Source of the DNA: Candidatus Roizmanbacteria bacterium RIFCSPHIGHO2_02_FULL_37_13b
GTDB taxonomy: Bacteria > Patescibacteriota > Microgenomatia > UBA1406 > HO2-37-13b
Assembly (NCBI GenBank): GCA_001789395.1
Contig: MFZK01000021.1
Location: 2,114 to 66,113, forward strand
Length of the DNA stretch: 64,000 bases
Direction: 5' to 3'
Part shown: positions 8,370 through 17,357 of the stretch, one piece after another
Position numbering within the stretch: the stretch's first letter is position 1
Layout of the letters: every line of letters begins with the position of its first letter
The notes under the pieces: generated by a model
The model's input: the letters and a program-made list of their open reading frames with translations, nothing else
Database searches by the model: none
Told to the model about the DNA's origin: nothing
Made by a program: the position numbers and the translations under genes

Positions 8370-10094
8370 CTATATTTCAGCTACTCGTAAAACTTCTTCA
8401 ATTGTGGTGATTCCCTCAAGAACCTTCAAATAACCATCTTGAATCATCGTGATTAAGCTTTCCTTTTTAGCCTGTTTTTCTATTTCGTCTGCAGATGGAT
8501 GACTAATTATTAATTTAGTTATTTCTGGTGTCACCTTTAAAACTTCAAAAATACCAATTCGGCCTAAATATCCCATATGGTTGCATTCTTCACAACCCAC
8601 TGCTTTAAATATTTTTACTGATTGTGGATTTTCTTGAATTTTTTTAGGAAGAAAATTTTGCAGAACTGTGCTTATATTAGCTAATGCTTCTTGCGAAGGA
8701 CTAAAACTTAATTTGCAATATTGACAAAGCGTACGAGTGATACGTTGACCAATGACGGCGTTTAATACAGAGGCAATTAGAAATGGCTCAGCACCCAAGT
8801 CTACGAGTCGTGGAATAGCAGTTGATGCATCATTAGTATGAAGTGTTGAAAAAACTAGATGGCCTGTCAATGCCGCTTGAATTGCTAATTGAGTTGTCTC
8901 TTTATCGCGAATTTCACCAACCAAGATAATGTTAGGATCTTGTCTTAAAAAAGATCTAAGTCCCGTAGCGAAAGTGAGACCAGATTGCGGATTGATTTGT
9001 ACTTGATTGATTCCTAAAATTTGATATTCAACCGGATCCTCAAGAGTTAATATATTAACGCTTGGCTTATTAAGTTTTGACAGTACGGAATAAAGCGTTG
9101 TTGACTTGCCAGAACCTGTGGGACCAGTGACAAGAATAATACCGTAGGGCTTTTCTATAGCTTCTTCAAGTACTTTCAATTGTGGTCCTCTTAAACCCAA
9201 ATCATAAAGAGAGGGTAACCCACCCGTTTTTTTTAATAATCTCATGACGACTTTTTCGCCATTTATCGTGGGCAACGTCGATACACGCAGATCTACTTCT
9301 TCTGCTCCTATTTTAAAGTTAAATCGACCATCTTGAGGAATTCTTTTTTCATCAATTTTAAGCCCCGACAGTATTTTTATTCGGGAAATCAAGGATTCAT
9401 GGATGAGTTTTGGAAGTGTCAGCTTTTCTTGAAGAATACCATCAATCCGATATCTAATTTTAGTCCGATTTTCCTGTGGTTCAATATGGACGTCAGACGC
9501 TCGTCCTTTTACGGCAAATTCAAGTATCGTAGAAACAATTTTAGCAATGGGCGCTTCTTTAATAAGCTCGCCTAGATTCTCTACTCTTACTGTTTTAATC
9601 GCTGGTTCGACTTCTTTTAACGCCGCAACAATATCAGGTGAAAAAGTTTTTGTATAAAAAATGTCAATAGCACGTGTTATATCATCAGCTAATCCTAAAG
9701 TCGTAATGATTCTTTTACTTGTTTTTTTTTCTAAAAATTCTTTAACTTGAACATCAAAAGGATTCTCCATGACTACTTTGAGCGTGTTTTTATTATCATC
9801 TAGTTCTACTGGGATTAATACATATTTACTAGCTATAGATTCGGGTATTAAATTTAGAGCTTGAGGAGCAATCGGGGAAGTGTTAACATCGATATAGTCA
9901 ACCTTTAAAATTTGTGCTTTAGCTTTTAATATCGACTCCTTTTTAATTTTAGAGATTGTAAGTAAATATTCATCAATGGGTATATTTTTCTGAAGAGATT
10001 CTATTTCATAGTGCTGAGCTTCTTCTTGAGTTATAGCACCATCAATAACTAAGGCATTTAGAAAACTTTTAGCAGGAATGACCATATATTTCAA
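8370..10094 (-). CDS. pilB: type IV pilus assembly ATPase PilB (GspE family)
   Basis: 574 aa with Walker A GPTGSGKST and a tetracysteine motif (CQYC...CEEC). An N-terminal GspE-type domain is present. Confidence 0.9.
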   Translation of the reverse strand: MKYMVIPAKSFLNALVIDGAITQEEAQHYEIESLQKNIPIDEYLLTISKIKKESILKAKAQILKVDYIDVNTSPIAPQALNLIPESIASKYVLIPVELDDNKNTLKVVMENPFDVQVKEFLEKKTSKRIITTLGLADDITRAIDIFYTKTFSPDIVAALKEVEPAIKTVRVENLGELIKEAPIAKIVSTILEFAVKGRASDVHIEPQENRTKIRYRIDGILQEKLTLPKLIHESLISRIKILSGLKIDEKRIPQDGRFNFKIGAEEVDLRVSTLPTINGEKVVMRLLKKTGGLPSLYDLGLRGPQLKVLEEAIEKPYGIILVTGPTGSGKSTTLYSVLSKLNKPSVNILTLEDPVEYQILGINQVQINPQSGLTFATGLRSFLRQDPNIILVGEIRDKETTQLAIQAALTGHLVFSTLHTNDASTAIPRLVDLGAEPFLIASVLNAVIGQRITRTLCQYCKLSFSPSQEALANISTVLQNFLPKKIQENPQSVKIFKAVGCEECNHMGYLGRIGIFEVLKVTPEITKLIISHPSADEIEKQAKKESLITMIQDGYLKVLEGITTIEEVLRVAEI

Positions 10095-10127
10095 TATATA
10101 TGAAACTCGTGTTAAAATGCAACTAGA

Positions 10128-10802
10128 ATGTTGCCTATAATTTTAATTTCACCAAATCGGAAAGAGACAGAAAAATATATTAATTATTTGAAAAAAAAAT
10201 ATTACCCTAAAGCCTTAGTTCATGAGTTTGAAAAAGATCCAAATATTATAACCATTGACCAAATAAGAGAAATAACGTCTCTTTTTAAATTTGCCTCAAA
10301 AATGCAGCGAATAATAGTGGTTCATAATTTCGAAACAGCTAAAGAAGAAACTCAAAATGCTTTTTTAAAAACCCTGGAGGAGTCTTCCGTTAAAGCTCAA
10401 TTTGTTTTAGTGACTACGGACGTAAATGCCATGTTACCAACAATTCATTCTCGTTGTCGTATATTCAGATTGAATAAAAGTGAAGTTGATTCAGTAGATT
10501 TCGACTTCAATTTATCTCTCTTTAATTTGTTGTCTAGCATGACCTTAAAAAAAAGAGATAAGATTGAAGGCATTGCCCAATGTGATAGGTTGATATCATA
10601 TTTTAAAGCACGATTTATAGATCTCTCTAAAAAAAACATTGTAAAACTGAAAATCTATTCTGATATTTTGAAAGAGGTAATCAACGTACGTCGTCTTCTT
10701 GATAAAAACAATTTGAATCCACAGTTGGCCTTGGACCATTTAATTATCTTTATCAAAAAAACAATCTCAAAAGATTCGGATAAAGTACAACTAAAGGGTT
10801 GA
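10128..10802 (+). CDS. holB: DNA polymerase III delta-prime-like clamp-loader subunit (short form)
   Basis: 224 aa. It has the SRC motif (TIHSRCRIFRL) and NAFLKTLEE, both typical of the HolB/RFC family. Confidence 0.65.
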   Translation: MLPIILISPNRKETEKYINYLKKKYYPKALVHEFEKDPNIITIDQIREITSLFKFASKMQRIIVVHNFETAKEETQNAFLKTLEESSVKAQFVLVTTDVNAMLPTIHSRCRIFRLNKSEVDSVDFDFNLSLFNLLSSMTLKKRDKIEGIAQCDRLISYFKARFIDLSKKNIVKLKIYSDILKEVINVRRLLDKNNLNPQLALDHLIIFIKKTISKDSDKVQLKG

Positions 10803-10827
10803 CATGTTTTATAAAAATAACTATTCT
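10799..10827 (+). promoter_or_regulatory. sigma70-like promoter of the prepilin/pilMNO operon, overlapping the holB stop
   Basis: TTGACA (10799-10804), a 17-nt spacer, then TATTCT (10822-10827). The ATG at 10836 lies 8 nt after the -10 box and no SD motif is present. Confidence 0.45.
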
Positions 10828-10835
10828 TTTATATA

Positions 10836-11228
10836 ATGACATCAAAAAGATTTGGGTTTACATTGATAGAAATTCTGATTGCTATGTCAATTCTTGGCAT
10901 AATGGCCGCATTGATAACCGGTAATTATTTGATTACACAAAAACGAGCCCGTGATGCCCGTCGTAAAAGCGACCTCCATAATATTCAAAATGGGCTCGAA
11001 CAATATTATGCTAATTGTAATTTTGCTTATCCAACGCCCTTAGCAAATAATACTTTTTCAAGTCTTACCTGTTTATCTCCAAGTCTGGCGCTAATGCCCA
11101 CTGTACCAGTTGATCCTTTGACCATTTCACCTTATCCTTGTACTTCTTGTTCTGACAGTCAGTATCAATTATGTTCGACTTTGGAAGTTGAAACACCGCA
11201 GACATATTGTCTTACCAATGCTCAATAA
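10836..11228 (+). CDS. prepilin-type protein (PulG/type IV pilin-like)
   Basis: MTSKRFG|FTLIEILIAMSILG leader, followed by ARDARRKSDL, typical of the GspG/pilin N-terminal helix. Confidence 0.8.
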   Translation: MTSKRFGFTLIEILIAMSILGIMAALITGNYLITQKRARDARRKSDLHNIQNGLEQYYANCNFAYPTPLANNTFSSLTCLSPSLALMPTVPVDPLTISPYPCTSCSDSQYQLCSTLEVETPQTYCLTNAQ

Positions 11229-11235
11229 AACAAAT

Positions 11236-11691
11236 ATGCTTTATAAAAAAAAGTCAGGATTTACGTTACTAGAAATGTTGGTTGTAATTACCATTATTTC
11301 TCTTCTGGCATCAATCGGAATCACATCTTATACATCATTCAACAAAAATTCACGTGATGGGCGTCGAAAAGCCGATATTGAACAAATCAGAGCGGCATTA
11401 GAACTATACCGTAGTAATAACGGTTCTTATCCACTGCCAATAGGGACATTCGGGTTATCTTTTGGTTCAGGTGCATTGACCGATGGCAGCAATACTTATC
11501 TATCAAAAATTCCAAATGATCCTAAAAATTCAAAAAGTTATTTTTATACATCTGACGGGAATGATTACACTCTAGGCGGGCTTCTTGAAGGTGTGACAAC
11601 GATTCCTCCCTCATGCTCCACGACTAAATGTGACCCTTCTGATTTAGATGTCACCTGCAATTATTGCCTCGGTCCATATGGTGAAAAATAA
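11236..11691 (+). CDS. prepilin-type protein (PulG/type IV pilin-like)
   Basis: MLYKKKSG|FTLLEMLVVITIISLLA from the ATG at 11236. The ORF-track start at 11188 adds an implausible 16-aa extension. SRDGRRKADI helix motif. Confidence 0.8.
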   Translation: MLYKKKSGFTLLEMLVVITIISLLASIGITSYTSFNKNSRDGRRKADIEQIRAALELYRSNNGSYPLPIGTFGLSFGSGALTDGSNTYLSKIPNDPKNSKSYFYTSDGNDYTLGGLLEGVTTIPPSCSTTKCDPSDLDVTCNYCLGPYGEK

Positions 11692-12175
11692 AAAGGCCGG
11701 TAAGGGTTTTACTCTAATAGAGATATTAGTAGTCGCCTCGGCTATAATACTTTTTTTTGGGATTTCATTACGGTATTTTAATGACTTTAATGAACTTAAG
11801 AAATTGGAAGTAGAGACAGAAAATCTCGCTGAGACCCTTCGACAAGCGAGAAAAAGTGCTGCTTCAGGCGATAAAAGTCAATTTGCTACAGAAACCTGCA
11901 TTTTAACTGGGTATAGCGTCATTTATTCATCTGAAAATAATAAATATTCTCAGCATGCTATATGCAATGGTGATAAATTAATCGGTGAAGCAGCGCTGCC
12001 ATCGGAAATACAGCTTTGTCAATCAGGCACGATTACATTTAAACAATTTGGTTTAGGAGCAATAAGTGGATCGATCAAGCTGCGTAGCGCTCGAATAAAT
12101 AAGTGCCGGGAAATTGTCATTGACAGTTCAGGAGATATCAATATTAGTGAGTTAATTCAAAATTGTAGTTGTTGA
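11678..12175 (+). CDS. minor pseudopilin (GspH/FimT-like)
   Basis: MVKNKKAGKG|FTLIEILVV from the ATG at 11678. LAETLRQARKSAASG resembles the GspH/FimT family. Confidence 0.7.
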   Translation: MVKNKKAGKGFTLIEILVVASAIILFFGISLRYFNDFNELKKLEVETENLAETLRQARKSAASGDKSQFATETCILTGYSVIYSSENNKYSQHAICNGDKLIGEAALPSEIQLCQSGTITFKQFGLGAISGSIKLRSARINKCREIVIDSSGDINISELIQNCSC

Positions 12176-12176
12176 T

Positions 12177-12629
12177 ATGGAAATTAGAAAAGCAGGTTTC
12201 ACGCTGATAGAGGTTGTAATTTTTGTTAGTTTAATATCCGTGATTTTTGTCACTTTTGCAGCTTTGACAACGACAACTATCCGCTGGTCTAAAATAAACG
12301 AACATAAAATATTAGCCTCGCACAACACTGAAGAACTTCGGGAATGGTTAAGAGGTCAAAAAGAAGCTGATTTTGATGGGTTTGTAGCAAAAAATGGCAG
12401 TTGGTGTTTCAATAGTCATGCCTTTCCAGATGATTATTCAAGTTGGATTTCTTCATCTGATCCGAGTTGTGGTTATACGCTTGATAACAATATTTTCAAA
12501 AGAACGGTAACGCTGACGAGTCAGGAAAATGGTAATAAAGTGCTAATCTCTATCCATACTGAATGGTTTGAAGGCTCTCAATTTTATAAGATAGACGAGA
12601 AAGCTTTATTTTCTCTGTATGAGTTATGA
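12177..12629 (+). CDS. minor prepilin-type protein
   Basis: MEIRKAG|FTLIEVVIFVSLISVIF leader motif. Confidence 0.7.
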   Translation: MEIRKAGFTLIEVVIFVSLISVIFVTFAALTTTTIRWSKINEHKILASHNTEELREWLRGQKEADFDGFVAKNGSWCFNSHAFPDDYSSWISSSDPSCGYTLDNNIFKRTVTLTSQENGNKVLISIHTEWFEGSQFYKIDEKALFSLYEL

Positions 12630-13171
12630 AAAAGAAATCAGGATTTACTTTAATTGAGATGATTGTCGTTATAGGTGTTATTTCGATCACGATTCCGACA
12701 ATATTTAGTCTGATGTTTCTCAGTTTTCAGTCGCAAAAACGTGTTAAAGCTCTTGCGAGTGTGAAACAAAGTGGTGATTATACTCTCTCAGTAATGCAAT
12801 CTCTTATTCGTCAATATGCTAACTCAATCTATTCAATTGGTGATATTTCTCCGGTAAATCAGATCTGTTCATCTGCAGGAGATGAAGCGGTGGAACCACT
12901 ATACTTCAAAGATGATACCGATCATTTTTTCAATTTTGCTATTCAAGACGGAAGAATTGCGTCGTATTCAGGAACAATGGTTTATTATCTGACCCCTGAA
13001 GATGTAGTTGCCGATGATACCACGTTTTCGATGAGTTGTACACGACTAACAGATTTTGATCCGCCTCTTGTAACCATTGATTTTACCCTTTCTGTAGGAC
13101 AGGGTAAATTGCGACGCGAAGAAAAAGCCACTCTTCGATATCAAACAAAAGTGAAATTGCGTAATCTTTAA
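12626..13171 (+). CDS. minor prepilin-type protein
   Basis: MKKKSG|FTLIEMIVVIGVISI leader motif. There is a 4-nt overlap with the upstream gene. Confidence 0.7.
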   Translation: MKKKSGFTLIEMIVVIGVISITIPTIFSLMFLSFQSQKRVKALASVKQSGDYTLSVMQSLIRQYANSIYSIGDISPVNQICSSAGDEAVEPLYFKDDTDHFFNFAIQDGRIASYSGTMVYYLTPEDVVADDTTFSMSCTRLTDFDPPLVTIDFTLSVGQGKLRREEKATLRYQTKVKLRNL

Positions 13172-13183
13172 TGCATTCCTCTC

Positions 13184-14266
13184 TTGACAACAATTAATGA
13201 TTTCGCCATACTAAAAAAAGATATGACATCTACATCATTTAGTCTGGATATCGGAGAAAAATATATCAAAATTGGACAAGTAATCAAGAAAGGAAACCTT
13301 ATTGAGACGACTGCATTAGCTTATGAAGAAAGCGGATATAATATTTACTTGACAGAAGCAGATAAACCTCATCAATCAACGCTTCAGGTTATTTCACAAT
13401 TGATGAACGATTCGGGAATTAAAAAAAAATCAATCAATATAATCATACCCGATGGTCGAAGTTACAGCCGCATAATTGAAATGCCACTTTTGACCGATAG
13501 AGAATTATCATCCGCAATTAAATATCAAGCGGACCAATTTATTCCAATTCCCATTGACAAGGTCAATTTGGATGTTGAAGTATTATTGACGGACAAGAAA
13601 AACAAAAAATCTTTGATATTGCTTGTAGCTGCCGCTTCAAGCGTAGTTGACAAAGTGGTCAATATTGCAGAATCAGTTGGTCTTCTTCCTGAGCGGATTG
13701 AAAATGAATCAAGTGGTACATTTAAATTGCTCTCATATTTAAATCCTATATTCAAGTCTAAAACTGCAAAAACAGGAAGTCTTTTTTTAATAATGAATTT
13801 TGGATTTAGTTCGACATCTCTCTATATATATGATGCTACTCGTGATTTGCCATTAGATATTCATAATTTTGCTATTGGCTATGAATTGATGGCAAAGAGC
13901 ATAAAGAATAATTACAACATTAGTGACTCAGAAGTTAAGAATTTAATCGAGACAATCGGTTTAGGATCTCAATCCGGTACTTATGATTTAAGCCAAGTTT
14001 TAGCATCCGCGTATAGTGAATTAGTTTCTGAAATAGAAAAATTCATCGTATCAGCCAAATCTAAATTTGGATTACCTATTAGTGAAATTAATTATTTCGG
14101 TGAAGGTTTTAAACTTAAAGATTTACATCAAAAATTATCTGGATCACTGGGAATTAAAACTGAATTAATTGACATCTATGGAAATCTTTCAAAAAATAAC
14201 GTATCTGACTTTTTTAAAGCAGATCTTCCATTGTTTGTGCCAATTTTAGGTTCAGAAATAATTTAA
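13184..14266 (+). CDS. pilM: type IV pilus assembly protein PilM (actin-like ATPase fold)
   Basis: FSLDIGEKYIKIG phosphate-1-like motif, ~350 aa, and position ahead of pilN/pilO. The start may instead be the ATG at 13223. Confidence 0.7.
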   Translation: MTTINDFAILKKDMTSTSFSLDIGEKYIKIGQVIKKGNLIETTALAYEESGYNIYLTEADKPHQSTLQVISQLMNDSGIKKKSINIIIPDGRSYSRIIEMPLLTDRELSSAIKYQADQFIPIPIDKVNLDVEVLLTDKKNKKSLILLVAAASSVVDKVVNIAESVGLLPERIENESSGTFKLLSYLNPIFKSKTAKTGSLFLIMNFGFSSTSLYIYDATRDLPLDIHNFAIGYELMAKSIKNNYNISDSEVKNLIETIGLGSQSGTYDLSQVLASAYSELVSEIEKFIVSAKSKFGLPISEINYFGEGFKLKDLHQKLSGSLGIKTELIDIYGNLSKNNVSDFFKADLPLFVPILGSEII

Positions 14267-14270
14267 ATTC

Positions 14271-14852
14271 ATGGCAAGGAGAATAAACTTACTATTAAAA
14301 AGAAAGGATTATATTAAGAAAGAGATGATATTTAGTCGTCTCAGAATATTAACATCTTTTATTGGAGTATCTACTCTTTTCTTACTGATGGGATTATATT
14401 TTTTTAATTCCAAGTCTGAAGGTGAATATGAACGATTGCTATTTAGTAAAGAATTTATACTTAAACAGATTATCAATAAACAGCAAGAAGAAAAAAAAAT
14501 GATATCTTTTATGGACAAATCCGATTTCTATAACAAGACCCTGGCAACTGATGTTAATTTTGGCAATTATTATAATAAAATTCAGAGAGCTCTTCTTCCA
14601 GAGATCTCTGATAATTCTTCTCCATCAGCTTTATTAGTAAATCTTAATTTAGATAATAAAAGAGACTTTAAAGTTACGATCAAAGTCTTCAGTGAATCTG
14701 GACTTATGAATTTATTAAAACATATTGAAGATTCGAGTTTAAATGAAACGTTTGGAGCACTTGCACTCGAGTCCTTTACCATCAAATTAAATCCGATTTA
14801 CTATGACGTTAATATATCAGGAAAAGTAAAACCTATTAATAGCAAATTGTAA
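14271..14852 (+). CDS. pilN: PilN-like pilus assembly membrane protein
   Basis: N-terminal RRINLL motif, a single TM helix, ~190 aa, and position immediately after pilM. Confidence 0.6.
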   Translation: MARRINLLLKRKDYIKKEMIFSRLRILTSFIGVSTLFLLMGLYFFNSKSEGEYERLLFSKEFILKQIINKQQEEKKMISFMDKSDFYNKTLATDVNFGNYYNKIQRALLPEISDNSSPSALLVNLNLDNKRDFKVTIKVFSESGLMNLLKHIEDSSLNETFGALALESFTIKLNPIYYDVNISGKVKPINSKL

Positions 14853-14861
14853 TTTGATAAT

Positions 14862-15548
14862 ATGCCAAGAAAAATTGACATATATACAAGACGACTTCTT
14901 AAAGATAATATCATTTATATCATTTTATTACTAATATTTATTATTCTTCTAATAATTATTGTTCCGATGCAAATAAATAGATTGTATATACAGGGAGATA
15001 GAAACAGTAAATTGAACCTTGAATTAAATGAACTAAAGGATAAAAGAAATTTGGTAATCGATCTAAAAGCTAATCAACTTGATCAAGCGATTCAAACGCT
15101 GAATACCTTAATTCCGAGTAGTGAGGATTACTTTTCCATAATCAGAGCAATTGAAACATTATCGTCTCAGACTGGTTTTTCAATAACAAGCTACAGAATA
15201 TCATTATCGGATATAAGCAAACAATTGATTCCGATTCAAATTACAGGGACAGGTAGCACTACTTCAATAGTAAATTTTCTAAATGGATACCATCATAGCG
15301 GAGGAAGATTAATAACCATAAATAGCTTGGAATATAGCCCAAATGCCACAAAAATCGATTTAGCTATAAATTTTTATAATTACAAGTCAATGAAATCAGA
15401 TTCCTCAGTTGGTATCAGGTTCGATGCAAAGCGTATTGATAAATTTGTGGCTATTGGTGAATCATTAACGAAAAGTATCGGTAGTGAAGAGAAAATTAAT
15501 CCTCAAGATTTTAATTATCCCGCTCGAAGTAATCCTTTTGGTCAATAG
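14862..15548 (+). CDS. PilO-like bitopic membrane protein
   Basis: Single N-terminal TM helix followed by a coiled-coil segment. Assigned only by its position after pilM/pilN. Confidence 0.45.
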   Translation: MPRKIDIYTRRLLKDNIIYIILLLIFIILLIIIVPMQINRLYIQGDRNSKLNLELNELKDKRNLVIDLKANQLDQAIQTLNTLIPSSEDYFSIIRAIETLSSQTGFSITSYRISLSDISKQLIPIQITGTGSTTSIVNFLNGYHHSGGRLITINSLEYSPNATKIDLAINFYNYKSMKSDSSVGIRFDAKRIDKFVAIGESLTKSIGSEEKINPQDFNYPARSNPFGQ

Positions 15549-15562
15549 AAATAAATTCGGCT

Positions 15563-15811
15563 TTATGATGCTTCTTCAACCTTCAAAACTATTTTTTTAT
15601 GATCAGAAACATCTTTTTTAAGTGAGTAAACATTAAGTAATGTTCGAATAGCATTAATTGTCTTTCCTGATTTTCCAATTACTTTACCATAGTCGTCTTT
15701 ACTTAAAGTAATATGAAATACTTGAGCATCAACTTCATCGCTTTTGATTATATGAATGCCTGAGACGTCGTCAACAATTTCTTCGATTAAGAATTGTAGA
15801 AATTTATCCAT
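15563..15811 (-). CDS. KH-domain RNA-binding protein (UPF0109/YlqC-like)
   Basis: 82 aa with a GKSGKT GXXG loop. It shows the conserved position next to rpsP. Confidence 0.75.
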   Translation of the reverse strand: MDKFLQFLIEEIVDDVSGIHIIKSDEVDAQVFHITLSKDDYGKVIGKSGKTINAIRTLLNVYSLKKDVSDHKKIVLKVEEAS

Positions 15812-15821
15812 AAGACAAAAC

Positions 15822-16073
15822 TTAAATTTTTAGACTTGATAGTTCCGTTTTGAGTAGTTTTGTAGCACCTTCAGACAGTTTGGCGCCGACCTTTAACCAC
15901 TTAGTTAATTTTTCCTTATCAATGTTGATTATAGGTTTCAGCGGTATGGGATCATAAAAACCAATTTTTTCGATATAGCCCCCGTCGCGTTTTTTACTTT
16001 CTTCAATGGCCACAATACGATATTTCGGTTGATTTCTTTTGCCAATTCTTGTTAGTCTAATTTTGACGGCCAT
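15822..16073 (-). CDS. rpsP: 30S ribosomal protein S16
   Basis: MAVKIRLTRIGKRNQPKYRIVA from the ATG at 16073. The track start at 16082 adds MFF. Confidence 0.9.
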   Translation of the reverse strand: MAVKIRLTRIGKRNQPKYRIVAIEESKKRDGGYIEKIGFYDPIPLKPIINIDKEKLTKWLKVGAKLSEGATKLLKTELSSLKI

Positions 16074-16086
16074 AAAAAACATTATA

Positions 16087-16785
16087 TCATATCTTTAAAG
16101 TCTGTAAAGCTTGAGAAGCAGCATCATCCTGGGCATGCTTTTTTGAATGACCGGTACCTTTAGCAATAAGTTTATTTTCAAAAAAGACTCCTACATTGTA
16201 AATTTTATTGTGTTCCGGACCTTTTTGCTCAATTACTTTATAAGTGGGTAGCTTTTTAAATTTATCTTGCAGATATTCTTGTAATTTATTTTTTGCGGAT
16301 AGATATAAGTTATTTTTTATTATGGCATCCAGCTTATTTGCAAACAAATGTTCGCTTACAAAGCTATAGGCACTGGTAAAATCTTGATCTAAAAAAATGA
16401 CGGCAACCACTGCTTCAAATGTGTCAGCGAGAATTGAGGTATTGCTGGCGCCATTATTATCTTGCTCTCCTTTTGAGAGATATAAATATTTTCCTAAATT
16501 TAATTTTAACGCCGCCTCATAGAGACTCTCCGTTTTAACTATTGACGCTTTTATGTCAGTATAATGACCTTCGGATAACTCCGGATATTTGGTATATAGA
16601 TAGATTGATGTAATTAAAGATAGTACACTGTCGCCCAAAAATTCAAGTTTTTCATTGGAGGGTAATTTAAAACTCTTATTTTCATTTAAGTATGATCGGT
16701 GTACAAAAGCTGTTTGTAGAAGTGATTTGTTCTTGATAGCGATACCAATTTTTTTTTGAATATTATCAATTTGACTGTTATTCAT
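16087..16785 (-). CDS. rnc: ribonuclease III
   Basis: EKLEFLGDSVLSL signature plus a C-terminal dsRBD-like region. Confidence 0.9.
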   Translation of the reverse strand: MNNSQIDNIQKKIGIAIKNKSLLQTAFVHRSYLNENKSFKLPSNEKLEFLGDSVLSLITSIYLYTKYPELSEGHYTDIKASIVKTESLYEAALKLNLGKYLYLSKGEQDNNGASNTSILADTFEAVVAVIFLDQDFTSAYSFVSEHLFANKLDAIIKNNLYLSAKNKLQEYLQDKFKKLPTYKVIEQKGPEHNKIYNVGVFFENKLIAKGTGHSKKHAQDDAASQALQTLKI

Positions 16786-17132
16786 ATTTTAATCTTATTT
16801 TTAATAACGATTTTACCGAGAACGGCATTTACAAATCCGGGTGATTTTTCACTACCTAATTCTTTTGCCAGTTCTATGGCCTCATTGATAATAACTTTAG
16901 TTGGCTGAAGTTTAGAAATAAGCAGTTCAAAGGTGGCTAATCGAAGTATGGAAAGATCAACTTTTGCAATTTTACTTACTTCATATTTTGGAGCAGCACT
17001 TGATATTTCATTATCTAAATGGGGAAATTGATCAACTATTTTTTTTAAAAGAGGTTTTTTTATCTTAGCTTTAAACTCGTACGAAAATAATTCTTGAACA
17101 ATTTTTACTCGATTGCGATGTCGTACATCCAT
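16782..17132 (-). CDS. nusB: NusB-like transcription antitermination factor (short)
   Basis: 116 aa. INEAIELAKELGSEKSPGFVNAVLGKI matches the NusB C-terminal helices. Confidence 0.7.
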   Translation of the reverse strand: MDVRHRNRVKIVQELFSYEFKAKIKKPLLKKIVDQFPHLDNEISSAAPKYEVSKIAKVDLSILRLATFELLISKLQPTKVIINEAIELAKELGSEKSPGFVNAVLGKIVIKNKIKI

Positions 17133-17141
17133 GAACTAGAT

Positions 17142-17291
17142 TTACTTTTTACAACCTTTACACTGGCGGTGAGGAATTTTCAATTTACCACAATTTTTAC
17201 ACTTAACCGATTTTACTAGATTAAAATGCCTAGTTTTTAATCGTAGTCCTTTGCGTCTTGTTGAATGCTTCCGTTTTGGTAGAGGTGCCAT
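17142..17291 (-). CDS. rpmF: 50S ribosomal protein L32
   Basis: Not in the ORF track because it is under 60 aa. My translation: MAPLPKRKHSTRRKGLRLKTRHFNLVKSVKCKNCGKLKIPHRQCKGCKK, with the L32 N-terminal motif and a CxxC...CxxC zinc ribbon. Confidence 0.85.
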   Translation of the reverse strand: MAPLPKRKHSTRRKGLRLKTRHFNLVKSVKCKNCGKLKIPHRQCKGCKK

Positions 17292-17357
17292 ATATTAAAC
17301 AAATTTTACTATTTTGTAATGATTTTATCAATAGCGTGTACTGATATTGTTGTTCTA

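Noticed and set aside
10800-10802. An alternative genetic code (UGA recoded, as in some CPR lineages).
   Set aside because: TGA terminates well-supported genes at the expected length, for example holB here. I saw no in-frame TGA inside conserved proteins, and Trp is encoded by TGG. The standard bacterial code fits.
11188-11235. The longer N-termini given by the ORF track for the prepilin genes at 11188 and 11648.
   Set aside because: Prepilin leaders are short and basic and sit directly before G|FTL(I/L)E. The internal ATGs at 11236 and 11678 give canonical leaders, and the extensions overlap the preceding genes.
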